A stretch of 61,318 nucleotides of DNA, counting the filler, from Platydemus manokwari (taxonomy: Eukaryota): NCBI GenBank assembly GCA_037951405.1. It is 6 parts of 6 records of this genome, joined end to end, with 100 filler letters (N's around TTAATTAATTAA, not from the genome) between each part and the next. Parts side by side here need not be neighbours in the genome. Positions count along the whole stretch, not along the records: positions 40,036 to 50,383 come from JBBMOY011142215.1; positions 50,484 to 61,318 come from JBBMOY011101998.1; 4 more parts are not named here. One strand, given 5' to 3'. The notes below the pieces were generated by a model. That model was not told the DNA's origin and made no database searches. It worked only from the letters and a program-made list of their open reading frames with translations. The position numbers and the translations under genes were made by a program. The stretch's first letter is position 1, and every line of letters starts with the position of its first letter. This document shows positions 41,742 to 55,100 of this stretch, in pieces.

Positions 41742-42352
41742 TTATTTTTTGTATCCTCTGCTGCTTCTTCTTCCACGAGCTCTTTCGAATTTACGTCCCT
41801 TTGATCTTACATGTGGTCTAGTGTGACTGTGTGGAACACCTGGAGCTGGGCCAAAGTATTTCTCAGCAGTTCTTTGAGATCTTGGACCTTGCAATAAAAC
41901 GGTACCTTTTCCCAAAGGAGCTCTGGTGGCCAATTGTTCTAAAGTGATAATTTCACCACCTGCTTTCAAGATTCTTTGTCTAGCAGAAGTGGTTACACGT
42001 TCAGCGCAAAGGATCATTTTTGGAACTTCTCTAATTCTAAGATCATCAGTAACGGTACCAACAACAACAGCGATTTTATCTTCACGTCCTGGTTTCTTCA
42101 TTTGCTTCATAAGACGAGCAAGTGACAATGGTTGTCTCAATCTTCTGGCCATAGCCAATCTTTTAGCGATAATTCCATTGAATTTCTTACCAGTTCTTCT
42201 TTCCAAAAATGAGAACAATTTAAAGTTTAAACGAGTGTAACTGTCATTAGTTTTTGGAGTTGTTCGTTTAACAATTCTATCGTTATGTGTGATATCTATT
42301 CCCTAATTCATAAAGTAATCTATTATATTAATATATATTCAATGCTTACCAT
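41742..42352 (-). CDS. RPL18: 60S ribosomal protein L18 (eL18), 187 aa
   Basis: Exon 1 is ATG only (42352-42350), intron 42349-42303 (gtaagc...ag, 47 bp), exon 2 42302->41742: [10 protein letters not shown]...[12 protein letters not shown]...[11 protein letters not shown]...[14 protein letters not shown]...[36 protein letters not shown]. Confidence 0.97.
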
Positions 42353-44956
42353 TATTTAAATTATAATTTTAACTAATTATTCATTATTTAAAACAAATAT
42401 AATTATCTTTTTTATTATTTAAGAATTTAAAATTTAATACATTTTGCTAATTTGTAATTTTGAAATTACATCAAAATTTGTTTCGTGAAAATTAAATATT
42501 GCTTTAAATCAAAAGTTCTTTTCTTCTGAATTATAGAGAATTAATTAAATTACAACTTAGAATATTTTCATTGTAATTATAAGAATCATATCATATTGGA
42601 CGTAATTGAATTCATAAGAAATTTAGAAAATTTATCAATAACATTACTAAAAATTAAAAGAATATTTCACTAAAACCATTTATTCCCGATAACTTGATAG
42701 TCGTATCTTATTCTGAAATATAGTGTATATTGTAATGGGTTTTTTTATTTTACAATTATTCATAAATTTTACTAGTCGACCGATTAAACCTAAAATATCT
42801 TTTGTTATTAATTTCTAATATTGTAATTACCAGTTTCTTCATTAAACAATCGATTATCAAACTTTATTCTTACATCTAATGTGGGTTTTATTTTGAACTT
42901 ACACTGATAATGAGATAATAAATAATTATGACAAAAAAACTTGGAAAACATATTTATAATACATAAAAAGATGGATCAGTCTATTTTGTTAATATTAACG
43001 GGGAATTCATATAAAATTATTAATTTGGGTTGTTTTATTTGCTTGATTACTTATCCATGTTATAATACTTAATATTAAACCAGAAATGATCCTCATCAAA
43101 ATAATTTATATTATCGATTTATTACTTATATTAAGATGTCAACAAGTTAATAATATAATACATTCTCTCATTAGATGAATGATTTTGAATGATTCAATAT
43201 GATTGCATTACATCTTATATGAATAATTTTTTGTAGAGATTTTATCAATATTAAAGGTTACCCAATTTATTATGAACAGTCATGTGTATACAATCATTTT
43301 AATTGATTTACATTGTTTGCAGCTATAAACGTGTCTAATCTGAAGTTACACTCAATCTTCCTTATAAATTATTTTGACAATTTTTTAAGTAATCCTCATT
43401 AAAAGTATTTTTCATAAATAATCCAAATGTATTACTTGTAATATTCAATTCTTAACAATGTGTTTTTTGTGTTTATGGAAAGCAGTCTATCGAGAAAACC
43501 TAGATTTGCCCATGTAGGGATTTAAATATTAAAATATAGTTTAGTTGCGACCTATCGATCATTGAAACATTGTGTTGTCTGTATGTGTTATGATTTACTG
43601 AAAATATAAAATAAATGCCTTAGAGTCCTTTATTTTTCACTGAATTGTGTAACAATCAATATCAATCGATGTGGCGATAAGTGGGCAAATGAGATTTTTT
43701 TTAAAGTGGGAATTGTTGGAATTAGAGCGGCTTTGTTAATTTCAACATATAGCCAATCGATTGCTATCCCATTCACAACGACCGTCATTACTTAATTGGA
43801 TTTTGGTTCCAAACCAGGAATATCCATCACGATAACAATAACCGTAACGTATATCTTCAAATCAAGGAACATACAGCAATTTCAGTCAAATTCATGCATA
43901 ATGATAGTAATAATAAAATATGAAGTAGCACTTGGAGTCTAATTTCACAATAATCATTAATGTAATTTGTGGTGCTCCAAATGTTCTGAGAAGCTTTATC
44001 CATTGGAATTATAACTGTATTGGAACCTAATAGCATTAAAGTGCAGTAAAATTTTCTTAATTAAATCTAAAAATGGTTAAAAATAGTTTTCTGAAGAAAT
44101 AAATCTTAAATTTCAGATTTGTTTCCGGATTTCCTAAATATTATCGATTTTATGTAGAAATTGTTGATTTTATTTTTCTAAAATAATAATCGAATTGTAT
44201 TGAAATCTTACCAGATTTATTCTATGATTTTGATCAAGTTACCGTGGGTCCATTTAGATATAAATATCATCGATAAGTAATTTTTAAAATGATAAATTTT
44301 AAAAAAAAACGTTATCCATAATATGAAGTAAATTTATTTATCGAATTAATCATCTTTGAAATATTGATAAGCACTTTCATAAAATTTATGTGTGCCTAAA
44401 TTAAAAATTCGATCATATAATCATTCATCTACTGTTGTATTCACTCAAATACTCGCCAGTTGAAAAGCTTTGACTTGTGCTGGACACTGTTATTGGTAAA
44501 CAAAACCTTTTTCATTCAGTCAAGATAAAATTTTATTAAGCTTGTAAAATCTCACTCATTAAATTCAATAACAATGACCATAACAGGTTAATGACGACTT
44601 AGAGCGTGTGTATGTTTCTGTTGAACGAACTGTGGAATAAATAATTGTTTAAATCTATTACATTTATATGTGATGATATCGGCAATAATTTAAGGAGTTG
44701 ATATCGGGGTAAGCTGACTAGAATGTATTGCCTATCAGTAACGGTTTATATATCTTCAAGAAAGCTGACTTTAAAATTATGAATTGATTTGGTCCGAAAT
44801 CTGAATAAATCCACCAATGTGGTGGAATACAAATAAATAAACAACTACAATAATAGATAAATAATTCAACCAAGGAGCCAATACGTTGAATAAACAAATT
44901 ATAACAAATCAATTTTCTTTCGGAAGCTGATATGTGACAAAATTGTCGTATAAAAA

Positions 44957-45841
44957 TCACAATTTGAAATCGCCTTCTTGACAATGACATCTGATCACGG
45001 CAATCATTATGGTAAAAAATGAAATCCAAATCATTAAAATCGTAAATATTCGCCAAACGTAATTTTCTGAAAAAGTCCAAAAATCATGAATAAATACATT
45101 ATCTATTGCAGATGTCATTACCATAGTAATAGGGATGGGCTTGGAAATCCTCGTAAGGATATGGAAGTACTGAAATCGATGAATTGATTCAAAAATATAT
45201 ATAAAATAATCACAAAGTGATTTCTCACCTACATCGGTACGGGAAAGATCAAAATAATCAGAAATGTCAATTCTGGTCTGAGGATCGCAATATTTTATCG
45301 ATCGCTGAATAACATCATTTCTAGATCCAGACTTCAAGGACCACAGGTTCTTTTGGAAACATTTCTTACAGTTCGACGCATTACATTTACCAGAAAACAG
45401 AGCATCCATTGTATATCCATAAGCATAGCAGTTCAGATTATATTTAATTTTCCGACATCGATGGTTTAAACACTGAATATCGTATGCCGCAGAACACAAA
45501 GATCCATACGGATCATATTTATTTGGAAAGCGGAAAAAATCTCTCACATTCATAACATTATGTTCTCGACAGGAATTAATGATCCGTCGTAAGTAATATC
45601 TCTTGGATTCACGATATAATTTCCAATTTCCTTTATAGTTGCATTGGTTACAGTAGGAATTTTTACAGGAGAAATTTGATTTTGTTTTTAGCTTGAATAC
45701 ATTCTCGTCAATGTATAGCTCATAAGTGACATGAATACATGATCGATTCAAGCAACTGATATCGTTCCTGAAATCAATGGAAATCGAAAGACTGATCAAA
45801 GGTAAATAGAGGAAAATAAGAATAAAATATGGTGGTTTCAT
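44957..45841 (-). CDS. Cys-rich single-pass membrane protein A (signal peptide, two tandem 6-Cys domains, TM, short tail), ~256 aa
   Basis: Exons 45841->45229, 45169->45122, 45066->44957 (GT-AG introns 59 and 55 bp, phase 1/1). Signal MKPPYFILIFLYLPLISLS; repeats start DISCLNRSC and DIQCLNHRC; TM WRIFTILMIWISFFTIMIAVI. Confidence 0.8.
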   Translation of the reverse strand: MKPPYFILIFLYLPLISLSISIDFRNDISCLNRSCIHVTYELYIDENVFKLKTKSNFSCKNSYCNQCNYKGNWKLYRESKRYYLRRIINSCREHNVMNVRDFFRFPNKYDPYGSLCSAAYDIQCLNHRCRKIKYNLNCYAYGYTMDALFSGKCNASNCKKCFQKNLWSLKSGSRNDVIQRSIKYCDPQTRIDISDYFDLSRTDVGEKSLCDYFIYIFESIHRFQYFHILTRISKPIPITMVMTSAIDNVFIHDFWTFSENYVWRIFTILMIWISFFTIMIAVIRCHCQEGDFKL

Positions 45842-48140
45842 AGAGAAATATATCCGGTGGTGAGTGACAAAAATAAATTTTAGATTGTCTTTCTTTAAAC
45901 AAATCATAATTGTTGTAGGAATAAATGAAAACATTATTAGATATTCCAATTTTCTAATGTCTTTTGTTTATTTATGTAAAATATCTGCTCCAACCAAATA
46001 TCATGAGCCGCAACCACCAATTAGAATTCTTCTACGTTATGTGAAATCACTGGAGTCACTAATAGGTATGAAACAAATAAATTTTCAATTAAGAATGCCA
46101 CTTAAACGATATCAGATGAATTTTTTACTTTAATTGATTTCCATTTTGTAAATAAGGATAAGGAAGGATAAAATAAGGACCCACGTAGCATAACTTGATA
46201 CCAATTAATATTAATGTTCCAATCAAAATACAAACGAATTATCCATTTTAATGAAATAGCGAAACAAAGGGAGAACATACATACATTATTCGATCATCTC
46301 TGGGATGAGTCGACTTGAAATTCTTAAGAAACTAAGATGACTCAATTCCTCAAAAATAATTCAAAGATTCTCTATCTTCATTTATTCCTTTTGTCAGGTT
46401 TGATATTATATTATAATTTTCTTTTGAATTTTCTTGGTTTATAGTGCTGAACCAATGACCGGATTTTGCTTAATAAAGTCTTGAAGTTAGATCATGTTAA
46501 ATTTAGATCCTACAGCAATATTGAATATTGATTTTTTGGTTGATTGTGCGCCACTGAACTGAATGGTTGGCGTAACTGATGATTCCGATTAAATCAGGGA
46601 AGCTTTTCAGGAATTTGATTTATTGAAAAAATATTTTCACCTTGTAGTTTCCAAATGTACTTTATTCTACATTTTCGTTTTGCCATAAACAAGGTCCAAT
46701 GAAAATTTTCCCATGAACAATTTTAATAGTGAAACAACGTTATCATGTAAAAAATAAATCATTAAAATATTTTTTAAAAAATGTGGCAGTTAACCGAACT
46801 GGCAACGAGAATGAGTTTTCCATTATAATTTTTAAACTTCCTAAAAATTCGGCTGTTAGAAGGAGTGGAGGTTAGAAAGAGGAATACTGTATCTGGTACA
46901 GCTAAAAGAAATCTGACGAATTTTCTGACAATGGTTTCTCGCGATAAATATATATATATGTGTGTGTGATTTGAATTGAGAACTAGTGTTTGTTTAAAGT
47001 GCTTTGTACTCGATCAATATCAAATTGAATGATTCTTCATGTACAATATCTTTAACATTTACCATCAGTTACATTTTTTTAATATTATAAGCCAGAAATA
47101 GGATTTTGTTACGATTCGTTCCCAATATTTACAGATCTGTTAGCTTGTCTCTTCAGCTCTTTGTCACCGTTATTTACACAGGCTTTCTTCAATTTATCCA
47201 AATTCATATCGCTTGTTTTATATCATCGTTATTTATCAGTTTGTTTGTGATTTTTCTTTAAAATTCATAATAGCTAATCAACAATTCAGATAGGAAATTT
47301 AGTTTCGCTCTAACAACACTCTTCAAACAACGTTTGAGTTACGAGAAAATCGTCCAAGTTGGGTTTGATTCGAAACAATCATAGCTTAACGATATTGATT
47401 TCGATAATATGTTATCATTTTAGTGGTGATTTCGGATTAATTCGTCATCAGTGAATAACCGATGAATTAACGAGCCTGACTTCGACAATTTAAAGTTTTT
47501 AGTTGTAAATAATAATATAAAACTTTAATAAATAAATGATAACGACATTAGTTTTTGTTTGAATGAAGTAAAATTGAATGAAAAATATTCGAGGAAAGAA
47601 TTATAAAATATCGAGCATACTAGAAGAAATTATGAAGTGCCATCAGAAAATTAAATACTGTGTTGAATAGCATTGGCCATTTATCTAGTGAACTTGAAGA
47701 TGAAAGGATATTTCGAATACGTTTATGATAAATATTGCTGCTATGGTTACGTGATTATCTCTCTATATAGGAATATGGTTAATAATAAATTTACACAAAA
47801 ACTATGTATGTCAGATCTATGTCATTTCTTTAAAATCGAAGAGTACCCAAAACTATGGTAAACCTAATGACCATAGCTTCACCATATAAAACCTGAAGGG
47901 TGAAGGTTCTAGTTTTAGAATTATTAACATTTAAAAAAAATAAGTCAAGATAGGTGAAAATATAATTAAATATATTTACAAATATTTTGGAGTATTTTTA
48001 TTATTGAGAATGATAGGCATTATAAAATTGATAGATGAGTTCACATGAAACCGTTCGAGGTAAAAAGAAAATCGTAAAAAAAATCTTTTAGATATGATCA
48101 ATAATTCGAATAGGTCTCGATCTTGGAAAATGAAAATCCT

Positions 48141-48969
48141 TTATCCATAATTATTGATGGTAATTGGAGTATTTCCGGTATTGCAGAAACATACTGATAA
48201 AATGACAATTAGAGTCACCAATGAGAGAAAGCTAATGATCACTGCTATTATTCTACCGAGATTCCAGAAATTTTCTAAAAAGAATTATAAAAATCAATAA
48301 ATCACTATCCATTTGTACCATAATTGGTTTTGTCTGCTGAATTCGACGATTTATCTGGAGATAAGAACTGATTAATTTAATTTATCAAAACTTATTACCG
48401 ATATTATCCGGTACAATGAAGAAGTCATTCAATTTGATCTGTTTTACAGCACGGCAAGAAAAAGACGTTCTTTCCAAGTGATCCATATCTGAAAAAAAAT
48501 CCCATCTACTAAGACTACGACAATTGCGACAGTTCGAGCTGTCACATGATGACAATTTAGAGTATGTGAAATGGTAGGTGTAGTCCAATATTAACGTGTA
48601 GTTGTATTTCGTACAAGAACCCATTGAGCATTCAATATCAGTCCATGTCGTTTTACGCGATGATAAATTCGGAAAACTATCATATGGGCTCTTCATCGTT
48701 TCGGCACGGCACCTTTGAACCGACCTCTCCAAATAATAATCACCATTCGTCAACTTTAGACGCCAATTTCCTTTAACTGAGCAACGATTACAGAAATTAT
48801 TTTGGCATGATTTAGTAGAAATAATAGACAATTGATATGATGATCCACTATAGTTTAACTGATATCGTACAACGGTACACGATCTGAAATTACAGCTGAT
48901 ATCAGTCCTTTCGTCGATTAATAACGATGAAGAATAGCAGAAAAAATAAAATAAAACGCTATATTTCAT
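48141..48969 (-). CDS. Cys-rich single-pass membrane protein B, paralogue of A, ~246 aa
   Basis: Exons 48969->48399, 48354->48319, 48274->48141 (two 44-bp GT-AG introns, same phases as A). Signal MKYSVLFYFFCYSSS; repeats DISCNFRSC and DIECSMGSC; TM IIAVIISFLSLVTLIVILSVCF. Confidence 0.82.
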
Positions 48970-49569
48970 GAGAGTTTCAATGACAAAAATGCAACCAAGC
49001 AACCATAAGCAACAGCTCTAAAATAAGCAACACCTATTTCATTCAGCCAATCAAATTGAAGTTTATGATTATAGAATATATGGTATCGATTTTTCTATTT
49101 TGAGCTCACTCATTGTGTAATGTATTAAGAATGTTGGTTGTTCTATCAATGGTGCTCACTTGACATTCAATATTGGTAATGTTGGTGGTATAGATGAAAC
49201 AAATTAAACAACTTCTAAAATAGATAATACCGATAATTTTCTGTTGGTTTTTTTTATGTAATTTGACCACTGAATACAAAAAACTTTTGCTTAAATTTTT
49301 AATATCTTGTTGAATTGATTATATTTTATTGGGTCCCATATCAAGCTTTCCGAAAATTGATCATAAGATGAGATGTAGATAAAAATTTTAATCACAACAA
49401 TTTGCACAATCAATATAAGTATAACCCAGTTTCACGTTATGTGAGATCAAATATTCATATAAAAGAACAATTCAATCAAATATAAATCTATAATTCGAAG
49501 GGAGATATACAGTGATATGCAATCAAATATATCAGCTATAATTTTTCCTAATTTTCGATTTCTTTATAA

Positions 49570-50088
49570 GTGATTTGAAACATGGTAGTAACAACGATGG
49601 TATCAGAGAAATGTGCTAAATTAAGACTTCGGATAGAATTTATCATCAATGCAACATGTTAAAGCTCAATTCGACATTATCCTTTTGAAATATTGTTTGT
49701 ACGACAAATTAATATGCGTGGGTTACAACTAAGTGAACCAAGCCACCACGACCAAATCATCAAAAAATGGAAAACCATCTAAAATCAGTAGCCACAAACC
49801 TAAGGAAATCCGATGATAAAAAACAGGTTGTCAAATTTTCGCGGTTGGAGAAGAAATTTTAGTGAAGAAAGAACGACACAAGATAAAAAAAAACGGAAAT
49901 CGTTCTGAGGGTCCTCAGAGAATTTTGAAATTTTTAAGTCCACATCAAGTGCTTTTTGATTTCCAGAGACAGTCAAAACCTTGAATAATTGCGTGTCCAA
50001 AAAGAATCTCAAAAACAACAGGAGAGAGAAGTTAGATCAATCTGAGATTTGTTTAAATATTGTGATGGAAACAACCGACGTTTATACG
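49570..50088 (+). mobile_element. Short-LTR gypsy family copy 2 (integrase C-terminus, PPT, 3' LTR)
   Basis: Colinear with 60430-60942. PPT ggagagaga, then LTR 50030-50088 starting agttag. Integrase ends KRISKTTGERS*. Confidence 0.88.
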
Positions 50089-50383
50089 TGTGGTCTATGT
50101 GGGTTGAAAATTTGCTTATGACACCAACAAGTAAAAAGAAATGACTTCAATGAGTTATATTTTTCTAATCTTGAAAATCAGAATAATGATTTCGTAAGGA
50201 TGTCAACGAAAAATTTTATTGAATTAAAGTTTGAATTTTTTTTTCATTTTATAGACTCCATTGAAATCATAATCAACGACAGTGTTTTCGTCGAAGAAGA
50301 ATATTGTGATATTGGGTCTATAACTTAATAACCGGAATTTGACACCAGATGTAAACACTTGTGTGTGTGCTGTAGCAAATCAT

Positions 50384-50483
50384 NNNNNNNNNNNNNNNNN
50401 NNNNNNNNNNNNNNNNNNNNNNNNNNNTTAATTAATTAANNNNNNNNNNNNNNNNNNNNNNNNNNNNNNNNNNNNNNNNNNNN
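50384..50483. other. Artificial contig linker
   Basis: N44-TTAATTAATTAA-N44. Confidence 0.97.
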
Positions 50484-50900
50484 TAAAGAAGTAAGTGATC
50501 GATATTTTGGAAGTCAAGAGATCTTTAATGTTCAAAGTTTTTCTTAATGTCGTAGTGAATTTTTATGCCTACAAAAAAGGCTTGATGTTTGGAATTTTTT
50601 TCCTATTACCACGCCAGGTCGAATAGTGGAAGAAATTTCAGATAAAGTGAAGTTAATATGGACATTGATCTTTAAATATTGGAGATAGTTTCTTAGAAAT
50701 TCAAGAATCATATTGTGTTGTTAGGTAGTTTTTTCAAGAGTTGTACAACAATGATCGAAAACATGGATAGAGGTTTTAGCTTTAGTGTTACAGCGTCTAC
50801 AAAGAATAAGTTTACAAGTTTCGATGAAGCAAGGAAAATAATTAAGCAGGAGAGGGTTTTGGCTGTCTCGGTAGCTGTATATTCGGATTTCCGGTGACAA
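50484..50900 (-). mobile_element. RLE LINE C-terminal fragment (more divergent lineage)
   Basis: CRRCNTKAKTSIHVFDHC (CCHC), *QHNMILEFL (cf. RHN), IRPGVVI (cf. RPD), ...KY. Confidence 0.7.
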
Positions 50901-52125
50901 CACTAATCCAATGGTCGTTGCCGCAATTGTAAATTTATTTATATTCAAATTGTCAAGACTAGGTGACAGATTGTTTTGAATTTTACGATTATCCATTAAT
51001 TTCTCAAGAAAAATGATTACTATTTGAATTTATCAATATTGATTATCCAAACTAAATTTTTCAACGAATTATTAGTTTTGTTCATTTAAATTCAAAAATC
51101 AGCGTTATTTCATTAGATTTTCAAATCCAATGAATGAATATTTGTACCAACTCATTTTAGTGACTCGTTTATTTTTTTGTTCTCAAGATGATAGCAATTA
51201 TCTATACAATCACTGTTCACTAGAATACGATAATACAAAATGACAGGATTATTTATCTCTCCAGGATCACAAATCTTTTGTTTTTAATACTTCTATATTA
51301 CTAAATCTTGAGATTAGAAAATTAAATTATTGACATTTCATATAAGTCATAATTGTACTGCAATGAATAAGCAAAAGTGGCTAACGAAACTGGAAAAAGA
51401 AGAGGAAACTACTTGCTTACTTTTACCAGGAAGAAGAATACAAGTAAATAACTGCAATATTATATATTATGTTGTAACAAAAAATGCAGTGTAAATAATT
51501 AGTTGAATTCCGCTCTACTACACTGAACAATTCAGCGACAAATTAAAGAAATCAATTTAATGTGTCCAGAAAACAGCTAGATGAAGAGACAATTTAAATT
51601 TATATAAACCAAATTACTCGAGTGTGTGGCAATTAGGAGATAAATGAGTCTTTCATTGATTTGTCTTTGAAAATTTATTCTTTACATATTTCTTCAATAT
51701 AAATTTGACATGATGAGTATGTAGAAATAAAAGAATGAAGGGCTTAAATATGTTTATTAAAAATTATACATTATTTTGAATAATGTCTTGACGAGATATT
51801 TGAATAAATTAAAATTTTCATTATTCTTATTAGTAACAGTTTTGCAATTTTTTTATTATCATCATATATGGAAAATGTTCGAAACTTAATTTTTGAAATA
51901 TTGTCATCAATTTTTAATAAAATAAATGTTAATTTCCGAAAACATTTCACATTACTCTAGTGAAGCACTTTGATTTCCATAAATATAAATTCGAAATTAA
52001 ATGCAATTATTTAAAAGAGATGTAAAAAAATGTGTCACACAAAATATATTGTTTTACTTCATCAATTAATTATTAATATAAATCTAATTTATTATTTTTG
52101 ATTTGATAAATACAAGGAAATAATT

Positions 52126-55100
52126 ATGGCATTTAAGTACGCTTTTGCCATTGTTAGCAGTTTGCCTAATTCGTTTGTACAATTCAATAAAAATCCTAAT
52201 TTTAATTTTCAAAAAGCTCGTGAAGAACATTTAAATTTTGTTGAGATTCTCCGCGAGATTGGAGTTGACGTTCTTGAGCTTGAACCAGAAGAAAGACATC
52301 CAGAATGCGTTAAAGTGGATGATACAGCAGTTATTTTAAATGGGACAGCATTAATGTGTAGTCCTTATGGTGCCCATAGGCAAGGAGAAGTAACTTAAAT
52401 TATATTGCATATATATAAATTTTCTTTAATTAATTTTAGGTTAATTTAATTAGACAAACATTGAAAAAAGAATTAGGTTTGAAAATCGTTGAAATTAATA
52501 TGGAAAATGCCAATCTAGCTGGTAGCGATGTTTTGTTTACAGGTTATAATTTCGAATTTAAAATAATTGTTAATGTTTTTTCATATAAATTTCAATATAA
52601 TTTCAATTTTATTTAAATTACACTGGAATATAATCTACAAATTCATTCAGTATTTAATGCAAACTCATTTAAAGTTGAATTTTGAATTTTTTTATTAGGT
52701 AAAGAAATAATCGTTGGTATCTCCGCCCACACAAATGAAAATGGTGCCCAAGCCGTTGCACGTGCATTTCCAGAATATCCGACAACAACGGTGCACGTTT
52801 TGCAACCTTTTCGAAACTTGAAAGAAGCCATTACGATGGCTGGAGTGAATGTGTTTGCTATTGGACAAAGTGAAAATGCTCGTAAAATGTTAACGGTTAG
52901 TTGAGTTCTCTATTTTATAAAAGCTCACAAATTCAATATAAAATATTTGTAGATTATTAAATATAAATGCTATAATAATGTTTAATTTAATTAACATTAA
53001 TTTTCTTGTTGAATATTTAATTTATGAGGGACACTGAATCGTGTTAAATGGCAAAATAGTATTTATTGATTGATAGTTCTGCCTTATATTGATAAGATTT
53101 GGAAACGAATATGTTCATTTAGTATAGCTTAACTCGATGAATTGCAGTCACTTTTTGTAATATATACATGGTCCCCCAGCGAACCTACAAGCCATATTTT
53201 ATAAAGAATTCCATTTATTCTTATCATAGACTCGAGAGCATGATTCTCTCACAAACCCTTTCATCCATATCATGGAATGCTTTGCAATTTCTATTTTCAT
53301 GTTCATCCAATGCTTGAAGATGACTCCGATAGATCATTTCTTGTATTTGACCGCAATGAAAGAAATCACCTGGTATTGAATCCAGTGATCTCGATGGCTA
53401 CTCTAAAAGCTTTCTTTGACGGTCAGTCTTACAGTTTGAACCATTATTGCTTAAAACCTGATTATTCCACCCTCTAATAACTGGAAGTTCGTTGTTGAAA
53501 GTTGTCCGAAAGATATATTGCTCATTAACTTGTTGTCCAGAAATATCCGCCCAAACGGTCATAGGGTTGATTTATAGATTTCCTATGAAGACGATTTCGG
53601 TTTTGATTCGACCATTGAACACATTTATAATGATTAATTGATCCATTTAGATTGAATTTGGCTTTATCTGTCAAAATAATTGAATTGAATATTCACAGAA
53701 GTTCAATACTGGATCAGATTAATTCTCATTAAACTGCTGAAATTCTGAAAGCTTTTGAGATCCAAGTTCATTTTAAGAAAGCCACGAATCGATGATTTTC
53801 AATATAAGATCCTTAAATGGCTTATATTTGGGAAAATATCAACCATTTCATTCACAGTATTAGCAATTGGATCAACTTTATTGTTTTAATTATCATTGTG
53901 AGCTTTGGGTTATGCTTTATCATCTATCTACTTCCAATTGTTTCAAATCTCAATTAAATAAATAATTGAATTCCAATCAATTAATTAATTGTAAACATCT
54001 TCAAAAAGTCGGCCCATTCCGTGACAGTTTCATGTTTTACAAAGATTCTTCATTATTGTTTCACGTCGATATCTGGTTGATATTTAATAATCTTACATTT
54101 GTCAATGATTTAAATAGTTTCAATTCTTATAGTTAGTAAAGTTTATTGCAATACTTTATTTGAACATCTAAACCATAAGATTCTGTGAAATATTGATTGA
54201 TTAAAAAATTTTTTTTTATTATTTCTATTTATTTATCTCTGCTCAATTTTTTATCTATTATTGAGCAATCACATTTACCGGACACAATTTTGCAAAATAT
54301 TGATTGATTTTACAAAATGTCGAAAAGATCAAAAATTGTTCTTTATTTATAGATGACAATATTAAATAATTTATATTAATTTTACTCATTCAACGAAACA
54401 TGGTATTTTGTAATTAAAACAATTTTATCGATGAATCATTTACTAAATCCACCGAGCTCGATAAAGCGAATCAAATTATTTGTTGTTTCATTTGAACCAC
54501 ACACACACACACATACAAACACATTCAATCATTTTGATGATTTATCTGTTTATTTAAACTTAAATTATCCGTGTGCTGTTGATATTGGTACAGACAAGAG
54601 ATATTAAATTGACAACTAGATAATTATTACAATCAAACAAATATTAGTTCTACATTTGGAATTTTTTAGATTTTTATTATTTTATATATTTTAACGAAAA
54701 TTTCTCGTCGATTATTTCTACAAAAAATATTTAATATCAAAGTAATTGTAAATAATTATGATACTATCATAAAAATAAATAAATAATTCAAAAACCAAAG
54801 CTTGATTTATATTTTTCTTGATTTTTAACTTTATTATGTGTGAGTAATAAGTTTTTATACAATATTCTTTATGCAATATCAGTAGGTGTTTTTTTCAATT
54901 TATTTTTAATGAAAGCCAAAAATTTATGGAATACAATTTTTCTTGTACAAAACTAGTTTTCATTAAAGCAGTGATGATTTTTACCTGATAATGTAATTGC
55001 AATTTTGGTTCACCTTTTATTGGAAATTTTTGTTTTCGCCATTTGATTTAATATGATGAAAATATTGAATTATTCATTTCTAATCAATGATCTTCTGACT

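Noticed and set aside
41926-42240. 104-aa plus-strand ORF
   Set aside because: Antisense shadow of RPL18. The same applies to most short ORFs opposite TE or gene ORFs (e.g. 21535, 22091, 33337, 52643).
43600-44030. Higher-complexity minus-strand stretch with Cys/Trp peptides
   Set aside because: Stops in all frames; no assignable family.
46430-46720. Possible hAT transposase remnant (VAH..., LLSKIRSLVQHYK)
   Set aside because: Two weak motifs only; no TIR or TSD found.
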